A DNA stretch of 44,113 bases from Verrucomicrobiota bacterium (GTDB lineage Bacteria > Verrucomicrobiota > Verrucomicrobiia > Chthoniobacterales > UBA10450). Numbering within the stretch: the stretch's first letter is position 1; every line of letters starts with the position of its first letter. The notes beneath the pieces are model-generated. The model saw nothing but the letters and a program-made list of their open reading frames with translations, was not told the origin of the DNA and made no database searches. Where the stretch lies: positions 1 to 44,113 of the forward strand of contig QHMS01000254.1 of the NCBI GenBank assembly GCA_003217895.1, in the 5' to 3' direction. The translations under genes and the position numbers were made by a program. Below, piece after piece: positions 1 through 7,911 of the stretch.

Positions 1-130
1 CCCGGTAGCCGCGGTCCAACATCTCGCGCGCGAACTCTTTCAGGTTGCCGCTATTGAGAAAACTACCTTTCCCCTCCACTCTGACCCATACGGTCGGGCC
101 TCTTACACCTACTTGAATAGATGAATCCAC
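1..130 (-). CDS. STAS-domain protein (anti-sigma-factor-antagonist-like), N-terminal fragment; gene runs off the window start
   Basis: Hand translation of the minus strand from GTG at 130 gives VDSSIQVGVRGPTVWVRVEGKGSFLNSGNLKEFAREMLDRGYR with no stop to position 1. AAGGAG (136-141) lies 5 nt upstream. The pattern resembles STAS N-termini. Too short for the ORF track. Confidence 0.45.
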   Translation of the reverse strand, partial: MDSSIQVGVRGPTVWVRVEGKGSFLNSGNLKEFAREMLDRGYR

Positions 131-326
131 AGTTACTCCTTAAAGGATACCAGTCCATGAGGCATGCTGTCAAACCTCACAGGGCTTCAACCAGCTCCCG
201 AAATTTGATTCGAAAAGCAGGACATCAAAGGCCGCGCGCAGCGGATGACGTTGCTCACGGAGCGACGCCCTAACCAATGCGGAGTGGAGCTCTAGAACGA
301 GCAAAGAAGGCCATCAGGTGCGGCTA

Positions 327-923
327 TCACTCCCACATAAAGGAGCGGTTCTCCGCCACGATCTGGCCGTTCGCGATTAAAACGCAACGCCACGCGATCA
401 CGCGACCGTCGTCGAAGTAATCGTCACCGACGACCTTGAATTCGGTCTTATGGGTGCCATGCATGTTTCGATAGGTAATCTCCTGTGCCTGGACGTGTTC
501 GTGTAATTTTTCCTGGCGATACTCCAGACGCACAGTGACGTCGGAGGGCCGCTTCGCTCGCCAAAAGAAATCGAAATAGTTACCGAAACGCTGGCGCTGA
601 TCCAGCCACGTCACAGCGCCGAACATTCGGAATTGGCGCTCAAAGGTGACCGGGGCGTCCTGAAGCGTCGCCGTTTTCTGGCCTGGCGAACTCGACTTTG
701 ATCTCAGCGAGCTCGTTTGCTGCCGTGCGCCCAAACCTGCTGGTGTTTTCTCACCCAAAAGAAAAAGCTTCGTTTTTCGAAATTCGAAATCCTTGTCTAA
801 GGCAACCGGGAGCGGTGTCACTTTTTCGACGATTCTTGGTTCTTCGCGAGGAGCGGCTTTACTGGAAGCGGCGAGCGCAAGTAGAGTCAGAGCGGCGGCA
901 AACCTCATTTGCCTGTATCTCAT
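327..923 (-). CDS. hypothetical secreted protein
   Basis: 198-aa ORF with an N-terminal signal-peptide-like segment (MRFAAALTLLALAASSKA). No family recognised. Confidence 0.6.
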   Translation of the reverse strand: MRYRQMRFAAALTLLALAASSKAAPREEPRIVEKVTPLPVALDKDFEFRKTKLFLLGEKTPAGLGARQQTSSLRSKSSSPGQKTATLQDAPVTFERQFRMFGAVTWLDQRQRFGNYFDFFWRAKRPSDVTVRLEYRQEKLHEHVQAQEITYRNMHGTHKTEFKVVGDDYFDDGRVIAWRCVLIANGQIVAENRSFMWE

Positions 924-976
924 GGGTCTTATAGGCCCTATGGAACCCGCCCCAATCCGAAAGTAAACTTCTTTTT

Positions 977-3757
977 ATGATTGGACTTCGTTACGAACGC
1001 GGCATTTATCTGCCGCGCCAGAATTTGTGGTTAGACCCGTGGGATCCGAAGCACTTAGCTTTCATCTCGCATGCGCATAGCGACCACATAGCGCCTCACG
1101 AGGAGATTATCCTTTCCGAGCGAACATCGCGTTTGCTTCAACACCGGATGCCGGGTCGTCGGATCGAACATGTTCTGCCATTTGGTGAAAAACGGACGGT
1201 GCATGGGCTCGATCTGATGTTATTGCCCGCCGGGCATATTTTTGGCTCGGCACAATGTTTCCTTTTCGCCGACGATGAGACACTTCTTTACACAGGAGAT
1301 CTCAAGCTACGACCCGGAAAATCCGCCGAGCAAGCGCAGTGGCGCCACGCCGATACGCTCATCATGGAGACCACATTCGGCCTGCGGCGGTATCGATTTC
1401 CGCCAACGGAGCAAGTCATTGACCAAATAGTGGCGTTCTGCCACGAAACAATCGAAGCCGCCCAGGTGCCGGTGCTTCTAGGCTATTCGTTAGGCAAAGC
1501 TCAAGAGATATTGTGTTCGCTTGATGGAGCGGGCCTGACGCCGATGCTCCACGGCTCAGTTTATCGAATGACGCGCATCTACGAGCAGTTTGGCCAGTCG
1601 TTTTGCAAATACGTCCGATACAAGGCGAATGATGTTGCAGGAAAAGTTCTAATTTGCCCACCCAGCGCGAATCGCTCGCAAATGCTGGAAAAAATCCCGC
1701 GCAGACGCGTGGCAATGATCAGCGGTTGGGCTGTCGATCCAAATGCCGTCTATCGTTACGGCGTCGACGCTGCATTTCCTCTCTCGGATCACGCGGATTA
1801 TGACGATTTGATCCGCTATGTCGAACTGGTACAGCCACGGCGAGTGTTTACGCTCCATGGTTTCGCCGCTGAGTTTGCCAGCGATCTCCGAGCGCGCGGC
1901 ATCGAAGCCTGGGCATTGAATCAGGAAAATCAACTCGAGTTCGCGCTGCGCTCCGATAAGCGCACGCGCACACGCGGGCTGGTCGTGACACGCCCATCGC
2001 GAGCTCCCGCAGTCGAGCACGCCGGTTCGTTCTGCGAGGGCCCCCCCGACTCCGAATTTCTCGCGTTTGCGAATATTGCCAAAGCGATTTCTACGACTCC
2101 CGCTAGGCTGGAGAAAATTCGACTGCTTGCCGATTATCTGCGCGGTCTAACCAGCGAGCAGCTCCCTATCGCGACCCTCTACTTTACCGGAAGGGCATTT
2201 GCCCAAAGCGATTTGCGCACACTGCAGGTTGGCTGGGCAATAATCTTCCGTGCGCTACAAGCCGCCACCAACATCGCCGACACGGAACTTCATCGCATCG
2301 CCAGCGCGCATGGCGATGCTGGCAAAAGTGCGTTCGAAATTCTCGATGGGCGAACAACGCCGCAGCCATTCAGTATCGGCGAATCGCGCGAGTTGTTCGA
2401 AAATCTGAATCGCACACGCGGCCCCAACGCGAAGGCGAGACTGCTGCAAAATCGCTTGTCCGTCTTGTCCGCACGCGAAGGTCAGTACGTCGTCAAAATC
2501 TTGACTGGCGACCTGCGCATCGGATTGCGCGAGGGTTTGGTAGAGGAAGCGATTGCGAAGGCGTTTGATGTTCCCGTCGAACAAGTAAGAGAGGCCAACA
2601 TGTTGTCAGGCGACATCGGCCAGGCTGCGCTGCTCGCTTCACAAAAAGCACTGCACCGGGCACAGCTGTCGCTCTTTCGTCCGATCAAGTGCATGCTGGC
2701 GACTCCGCAGCCTACTGCCAAAGCCGTGTGGGAACGTTTTGTTGTAGCTGGCGTCGCTGACCACGGCCCACCGGCATCAGAGCCGCCAGCTACAGTATAT
2801 TTGGAAGATAAATTCGACGGGATCCGAGCGCAGCTTCATCGCAGCTCACAACGCATTGAAATTTTTTCGCGTGATTTGCGACGCATCACCACTCAATTCC
2901 CCGAGCTGGCGGATCAAGCCAGGAACTTCCAGGAAGAGCTGATTCTCGATGGTGAAATTATCGCGTTCCAGAAAGATCGCAGGCTTACGTTTTTCGATCT
3001 GCAAAAGCGGCTCGGCCGCACCAGCAACGGCGCAGATTTGTTCGCGCGCGCGGCAGCGGACGTCCCAGTTGCGTTTGTCATCTTTGATCTTCTTTGGTTG
3101 AACGGGCAATCGTTGTTAAGAACTCCGTTGCGCGAGCGGCGAAGACACCTCGATTCCCTGCGTTTGCCTTCACAATTTCAAATTGCCAGAGTGACCCCCG
3201 CCCATTCTACCGCCGAGATCGCACAAACGTTTCAACAGGCCCGCCAGCGCTTGAATGAAGGTCTGATGATCAAAGATCCGGAAAGCTTTTATTTACCCGG
3301 CGCCCGGGGGATGTTCTGGTTGAAGCTTAAGAAGGAGCTGGCGACGCTCGATGTCGTAGTTGTCGCGGCGGAATTTGGCCATGGCAAGCGGAATCATGTT
3401 CTAAGCGATTACACCTTCGCGGTGCGCGATGAAGCGACTGGCGAACTCCTACCCATTGGCAAAGCTTACAGCGGATTGACTGATGCTGAGATTGCCGAAC
3501 TAACCCAGCATTTCAAACACAACACGATCGCAAATTACGGCCGGTATCGCACAGTAAAACCGGATGTTGTGCTTGAGGTCGCCTTCAATTCAATCCAGCC
3601 CAGCACGCGTCACACCAGTGGACTGGCATTGCGTTTCCCAAGAATCAAAGCCATCCGGCGCGACAAGAATATCGATTCCATCGACACGGTCCAGTACGCT
3701 CGCGAGCTTGCAGGATACAATGCAAATTTGGCGGCCAGTTTTGGCCCTGGCTCGTAA
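977..3757 (+). CDS. fusion protein: MBL-fold ligase-associated exonuclease domain + ATP-dependent DNA ligase
   Basis: Single 926-aa frame. The N-terminal ~330 aa carry the metallo-beta-lactamase signature ISHAHSDHIAP and LSDHADYDDL. The C-terminal ~560 aa carry ligase motif I EDKFDGIRAQ (adenylation Lys) plus the later motifs LMIKD and WLKLKK. Confidence 0.85.
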   Translation: MIGLRYERGIYLPRQNLWLDPWDPKHLAFISHAHSDHIAPHEEIILSERTSRLLQHRMPGRRIEHVLPFGEKRTVHGLDLMLLPAGHIFGSAQCFLFADDETLLYTGDLKLRPGKSAEQAQWRHADTLIMETTFGLRRYRFPPTEQVIDQIVAFCHETIEAAQVPVLLGYSLGKAQEILCSLDGAGLTPMLHGSVYRMTRIYEQFGQSFCKYVRYKANDVAGKVLICPPSANRSQMLEKIPRRRVAMISGWAVDPNAVYRYGVDAAFPLSDHADYDDLIRYVELVQPRRVFTLHGFAAEFASDLRARGIEAWALNQENQLEFALRSDKRTRTRGLVVTRPSRAPAVEHAGSFCEGPPDSEFLAFANIAKAISTTPARLEKIRLLADYLRGLTSEQLPIATLYFTGRAFAQSDLRTLQVGWAIIFRALQAATNIADTELHRIASAHGDAGKSAFEILDGRTTPQPFSIGESRELFENLNRTRGPNAKARLLQNRLSVLSAREGQYVVKILTGDLRIGLREGLVEEAIAKAFDVPVEQVREANMLSGDIGQAALLASQKALHRAQLSLFRPIKCMLATPQPTAKAVWERFVVAGVADHGPPASEPPATVYLEDKFDGIRAQLHRSSQRIEIFSRDLRRITTQFPELADQARNFQEELILDGEIIAFQKDRRLTFFDLQKRLGRTSNGADLFARAAADVPVAFVIFDLLWLNGQSLLRTPLRERRRHLDSLRLPSQFQIARVTPAHSTAEIAQTFQQARQRLNEGLMIKDPESFYLPGARGMFWLKLKKELATLDVVVVAAEFGHGKRNHVLSDYTFAVRDEATGELLPIGKAYSGLTDAEIAELTQHFKHNTIANYGRYRTVKPDVVLEVAFNSIQPSTRHTSGLALRFPRIKAIRRDKNIDSIDTVQYARELAGYNANLAASFGPGS
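2743..2794. repeat. intragenic REPIN-like palindrome (TGTAGCTGGCG / CGCCAGCTACA arms, 30-nt spacer) inside the ligase ORF
   Basis: Perfect 11-bp inverted arms at 2743-2753 and 2784-2794. The inner pairing GCTGA/TCAG extends the stem. The termini match the TGTAGCGGCG family seen in intergenic regions. It is translated in-frame as VVAGVADHGPPASEPPATV. Confidence 0.6.
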
Positions 3758-3771
3758 GCAACAGCTCGAGT

Positions 3772-4266
3772 TTACTCAGGCGTAGGCGACGGAGATGGCG
3801 AAGTAGCCTCTATCGCAGGAGATGGAGTAGGCGAGGTAGTGTCGGCCCCAAAAGGTCTTACTGCGTGAGCCATCCTCTGTCTTTGTAATTCTTCCATTCT
3901 ACGCTCTCGTTGGGCGATTCGCTCTTGCATTCTGGTGTCGGTTTCATCTCGCCCCTGCGAGGGGTCGGCGATCAGACCCTGCAAAGCTGGGGGGAGCTGT
4001 TGTAATCTCCTCTCTCTTTCTGCTTTCAACTGCTCGGCGTCGCGAACCTGGCTCTGCGGCTGAGCGGCAGAGGGAATTGAGCGGGCGACCGCCCGGGCTT
4101 TTTCTCTTTCCGCCAATGCTTTCTCCCTTTCATCCAATGCTTTCTCGCGCGCGGCCAGCTCCGCTTTTCGTTGAGCAAGTTGCTGCTCGGCGGCTGAATC
4201 TTGTTTTTGGCAGGAACAAATCATCGCAATCGAGATGAGCATCAAAAGGGCAAAAATTTTATTCAT
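3772..4266 (-). CDS. coiled-coil lipoprotein, hypothetical
   Basis: Start moved to the internal ATG (4266) that gives MNKIFALLMLISIAMICSC (lipobox-like). The rest is Glu/Arg/Ala-rich with REKAL(D/A)ERE repeats and a Pro/Ser/Thr tail. Confidence 0.6.
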   Translation of the reverse strand: MNKIFALLMLISIAMICSCQKQDSAAEQQLAQRKAELAAREKALDEREKALAEREKARAVARSIPSAAQPQSQVRDAEQLKAERERRLQQLPPALQGLIADPSQGRDETDTRMQERIAQRERRMEELQRQRMAHAVRPFGADTTSPTPSPAIEATSPSPSPTPE

Positions 4267-4341
4267 AGCAGCAATAAATTGTATTCGGTGTCCGTAATTT
4301 TGACGAAGAAAACGGAAAGCCAACGACTAGTCAAACGAAAC

Positions 4342-4536
4342 TTAACGCGCGTGCGGCGCCAGCGTAGTTGCCGGTCTGACCACGACTGTCTCCACGTAGC
4401 TATGCCTAAAGCGCCGGACATTCGCGAAAACGGCCAACAAGATCAATACCCCAATAATGATGAGCATCATCACAACAGCGCTCGTCGAGACCCGGGATGG
4501 TCGCGATCTTTCCAAGGGCGGTTCGCGTGAATTCAC
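4342..4536 (-). CDS. small single-pass membrane protein, hypothetical
   Basis: 64-aa ORF with one hydrophobic helix (VVMMLIIIGVLILLAVFA). It sits co-directionally between plsC and the coiled-coil gene. No homology recognised. Confidence 0.35.
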   Translation of the reverse strand: MNSREPPLERSRPSRVSTSAVVMMLIIIGVLILLAVFANVRRFRHSYVETVVVRPATTLAPHAR

Positions 4537-4557
4537 GCCTTAGTATCGAAGTCGACC

Positions 4558-5169
4558 TTACAAGCGCAAGGCCGCGATTGCATTCATAACGCGCTCGCTT
4601 AGTCGCCCGTAGAGATTTTTTCCCGGCCCGGAAAGATCGGCTGCCGTAAAAAAAATCGGTTCTCCTATCACAATAGTAATTGGCACAAACCGCAAGCCGC
4701 CCCTGCCGCGAGGCAGGGCTTCGTGTGCGCCAAAGATCCGCATGGGCACGACTGGGGCAAGCGTTTTTGCAATCACGAGCCCCAATCCGGGCTCCGCGGG
4801 CTGTAATTTACCGTCGAGTGTGCGCGAGCCTTCCGGGAAAACCAGCACCCCGTTCCCCGCCTTCAGAATACGAATCAAAGCCTTAATGGCGCTACGATCC
4901 ACGCCTTCTTGGTTAACTGGGATCACATTTAGCTTTGGCAAAAGCCAGCCGAGCAGCGGCATCTCCAAGAGTGTTCGCCGGGCCAGAAAGTATATCGCCC
5001 GATCGCAAGTAGTCCCCGCAAGCGGCGGATCGAGATAGCTCTCGTGATTCATGGCAAGGATCACAGATCCGCTCTGAATCATGCGCTCCCGATGAACCAC
5101 GCGAAAACGAAAAAACAATCGGCCGATCAGACGGGAAAAGTGATAGCCAAGCCAGTAGTAGAAATTCAT
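4558..5169 (-). CDS. plsC: 1-acyl-sn-glycerol-3-phosphate acyltransferase
   Basis: HX4D acyltransferase motif NHESYLDP and an FPEGSR block. 203 aa. Confidence 0.85.
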   Translation of the reverse strand: MNFYYWLGYHFSRLIGRLFFRFRVVHRERMIQSGSVILAMNHESYLDPPLAGTTCDRAIYFLARRTLLEMPLLGWLLPKLNVIPVNQEGVDRSAIKALIRILKAGNGVLVFPEGSRTLDGKLQPAEPGLGLVIAKTLAPVVPMRIFGAHEALPRGRGGLRFVPITIVIGEPIFFTAADLSGPGKNLYGRLSERVMNAIAALRL

Positions 5170-5224
5170 TTAACGACTGAGGGATTCAGTGATTTAGCGA
5201 TTTTCCTTTTCAATCTCTAAATCT

Positions 5225-5893
5225 CTAAACCTGCAGGCCTTTTTGCTTTAGCCGTACCACAATTTCGTTGACGACAGCCTCGATCGTAAGCTGCGACGTA
5301 TCGATCACGTGTGCGTCTTTCGCGATGATGAGTGGTGAAACAGCCCGCGAAAAATCGGCGTGATCGCGCAGCGCGATTTCGTCGCGTTCCCCTTGCGCCG
5401 CACGGCGCCGGAGACGTACCTCAGGCGAAGCATCAACATAAAATTTGTAAGGCGTCTCGGGGAAAACCACGGAGCCGATGTCCCGCCCTTCCACGACCAG
5501 GTCATGGTTCCGCGCACGCTGATGCAGGTTCTGTCCAACAATTTTGCGGACCGCAGGCAACTTACTAACGCGAGAAACATTCTCGTTCACACGATCGTCG
5601 CGCAAATGCGCCACCGGATCGGCATTATCGATCAGGATGCGCGACTCGTTGTCCTGAATGCAGCCGGTAATCGCCGCTGATTCGAGAGCTTCGGCAATGC
5701 GGTTGCTATCTTCGGCATAGATGCCTTTTTCCAGGAGGTACCACGTGATCGCTCGATAAACAGCTCCCGAGTTCACGTAGATAAAACCGAGGCGTCCGGC
5801 AAGCTCTCGGGCGACACTGCTTTTTCCAGAAGCGGCCGGACCATCGATGGCAACTACCCGATGGAATTCCCGCTCAGAAGTGCGCAATCCCAT
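5225..5893 (-). CDS. cmk: cytidylate kinase
   Basis: P-loop AIDGPAASGKSS and a typical cytidylate kinase length and layout (222 aa). Confidence 0.9.
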   Translation of the reverse strand: MGLRTSEREFHRVVAIDGPAASGKSSVARELAGRLGFIYVNSGAVYRAITWYLLEKGIYAEDSNRIAEALESAAITGCIQDNESRILIDNADPVAHLRDDRVNENVSRVSKLPAVRKIVGQNLHQRARNHDLVVEGRDIGSVVFPETPYKFYVDASPEVRLRRRAAQGERDEIALRDHADFSRAVSPLIIAKDAHVIDTSQLTIEAVVNEIVVRLKQKGLQV

Positions 5894-5930
5894 GGGTCAC
5901 ATTTTGTCCTATGTTTCCTATGGCAACCGC

Positions 5931-7283
5931 TTAGCCCTGCTCGGGCGCGGCGGAAGTGAGTGAACCAATCACTGGCGTGCTGACCTGCATCCGTTTCGGA
6001 TTCGTGAACTCTTCCAGCATCATTTCAAATCCCGGATAAGACTCACGGATGCACTCGGCGTCCTGAACCACGGTTTCGCCTTCAGCGAAGAGACCCCCTA
6101 TGGCAAAAGCCATTGCGATGCGGTGATCGCCGAAGCTCGCCAAGTGCGCACCGTGTAGGGGTGCTGGCCCAGAAATTTCGAGACCATCATTCAGCTCAGC
6201 CACTTGGGCTCCCATAGTCCGCAAATTGTGCGCGATTGCTGCAATGCGATCAGTTTCCTTAACGCGCAATTCCCCTGCCTGCCGAATAATTGTCCTGCCG
6301 TTTGCCAAGGCACCTGCAACAGACAAAATCGGTAGTTCATCAATAAGTCGTGGCACTTCCTTCCCTTGGATGACCGTTCCTTTAAGCGGAAAACCTGTGA
6401 CTTCAACAATCCCGCGCGGTTCAAGCTGATCGACATCTTCAACAGCCTCGCGCACCTGCGCACCCATGCGGAGCAAAACACCAAGTAATGCGGTTCGTGT
6501 ATCGTTTAAACCGACGTCGCGGATAAGCAGATGTCCCCTTCGTTGCGCAGCAGCAGCAACCAGCCAAAACGCCGCCGAAGAAATGTCGCCGGGAATGGCA
6601 AAGTCGCGCGATTCCGGTACCTGCTCTCCAAATACAGTGACGCTGCCAGCTTCTTCAGTTGCAGTTCGCACCAGGAAATAATTCAACATTTTTTCCATGT
6701 GGTTTCGCGTCGGTAACGCCTCTTCGATGGTGGTCTTGCCTCTGGCAAAAAGACCCGCCAGTAGCAGCGCGCCTTTGACCTGTGCGCTTGCGACAGACGG
6801 GCGATAATGAATCCCACGCAACGAGCCGCCGTGGACGCGCAACGGCGCTGTTTGGTCCGGGCCTTCGGCAATGATGTCCGCACCCATCTCACAGAGCGGC
6901 GCGATCACGCGGTCCATCGGGCGTCGCGACAGTCCCGCATCCGCGACCAGGCGAGTTTCAAACGGTTGTCCTGCCAGCAAGCCGGCCAGAAGCCGCATGG
7001 TGGTACCCGAATTGCCGCAATTGATCTCGTTCTTAGGTGCAGTAAGAACTCGCTTTTTCCCGTGAACGATTAACGTGGTCGGCTCAGGTTGTTCAATCTT
7101 AATCCCCAATGCGCGCATTGCGTTTACCGTGTGCATGCAATCTTCACTTGGAAGGAATCCTTGCAGAGTGCACACCCCATTCGACAGAGCCGCGATGATT
7201 ACCGCCCGATGCGAAATGCTCTTATCGCCCGGTACAGTAATTTCCAGATCAATTCGCGGCGCCCGTCTTACGCGTAACTCCAT
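5931..7283 (-). CDS. aroA: 3-phosphoshikimate 1-carboxyvinyltransferase (EPSP synthase)
   Basis: 450 aa. Has the VPGDKSISHRA motif (class II-like) and full-length EPSPS-like sequence. Confidence 0.92.
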   Translation of the reverse strand: MELRVRRAPRIDLEITVPGDKSISHRAVIIAALSNGVCTLQGFLPSEDCMHTVNAMRALGIKIEQPEPTTLIVHGKKRVLTAPKNEINCGNSGTTMRLLAGLLAGQPFETRLVADAGLSRRPMDRVIAPLCEMGADIIAEGPDQTAPLRVHGGSLRGIHYRPSVASAQVKGALLLAGLFARGKTTIEEALPTRNHMEKMLNYFLVRTATEEAGSVTVFGEQVPESRDFAIPGDISSAAFWLVAAAAQRRGHLLIRDVGLNDTRTALLGVLLRMGAQVREAVEDVDQLEPRGIVEVTGFPLKGTVIQGKEVPRLIDELPILSVAGALANGRTIIRQAGELRVKETDRIAAIAHNLRTMGAQVAELNDGLEISGPAPLHGAHLASFGDHRIAMAFAIGGLFAEGETVVQDAECIRESYPGFEMMLEEFTNPKRMQVSTPVIGSLTSAAPEQG

Positions 7284-7411
7284 AGGAGGTGAAAAAGCGA
7301 TACTGGATACTTCATGCTAGATCGTCGATGAAAATCAGCGGCGCTAATCCAGCATCCGTATCTAGCATCCAGGTCAGAGAAAACCGCTAGACTATAAGGG
7401 ACAGCACCCTC

Positions 7412-7804
7412 TTACGGCACGAGAAAGATCTTATCCGTGTAAGGATCCTTGACTTCGGTCCCCGGAGGAAAACCTTCCACGTCGATATATTTGCCAGGGG
7501 AATACGGGCTCTCCACGAGGTGCGGTTTGCCAGGGACAGGAACTCCGTACGGATAATCTCCCTTTGCAACCTTTGTCGGAGCAGCGGCGGGAGGGGGCGA
7601 AGTTGGTGCGGCTTGAACTGGGGGCGTACCCGTGGGTTGCGCTGGTCCATTCGGATTGAACGGCTGTTGCGGCGGCGGGTATTCTTGCGTCTGGTTGGGA
7701 GGATAATTCGCCATCCTATGGTGGGGAGGTGGCGGTGGCGGCTCTTCAGCGCATGAGACCAGCAGAAATGCTGCCAGGAGAGCAAGCAACAATGAAAATT
7801 TCAT
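7412..7804 (-). CDS. proline-rich lipoprotein with conserved C-terminal ...KDPYTDKIFLVP module
   Basis: Start set at the ATG giving MKFSLLLALLAAFLLVSC (lipobox). A Pro-rich linker follows. The C-terminal ~40 aa are paralogous to the C-terminus of the 27787-28335 product. Confidence 0.7.
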   Translation of the reverse strand: MKFSLLLALLAAFLLVSCAEEPPPPPPHHRMANYPPNQTQEYPPPQQPFNPNGPAQPTGTPPVQAAPTSPPPAAAPTKVAKGDYPYGVPVPGKPHLVESPYSPGKYIDVEGFPPGTEVKDPYTDKIFLVP

Positions 7805-7911
7805 AAATGGAAATACTGCGGAATCGTATCCGGAGTCTGACTCGTTGCCAATCATTAAATCATTTTTTCTTCAGCCCGCGCCGGGGTTTGAAAAAGAACC
7901 GCGCAAATACA

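Noticed and set aside
3772-4266. Tandem ~24-bp DNA repeats (ccaatgctttctc...) that could be mistaken for a repeat array.
   Set aside because: They are in-frame coding repeats of the coiled-coil motif REKAL(D/A)ERE. There are only two or three imperfect copies and no spacer structure.
7807-7911. Long N-terminal extensions offered by the ORF track (7807, 18042, 22685, 12060, 43262, 40425, 37556, 17377, 7855, 4323).
   Set aside because: The extensions run through intergenic repeats or neighbouring genes. In each case an internal start gives a canonical N-terminus: a signal peptide or lipobox, an S4 domain, or a family-typical first residues.
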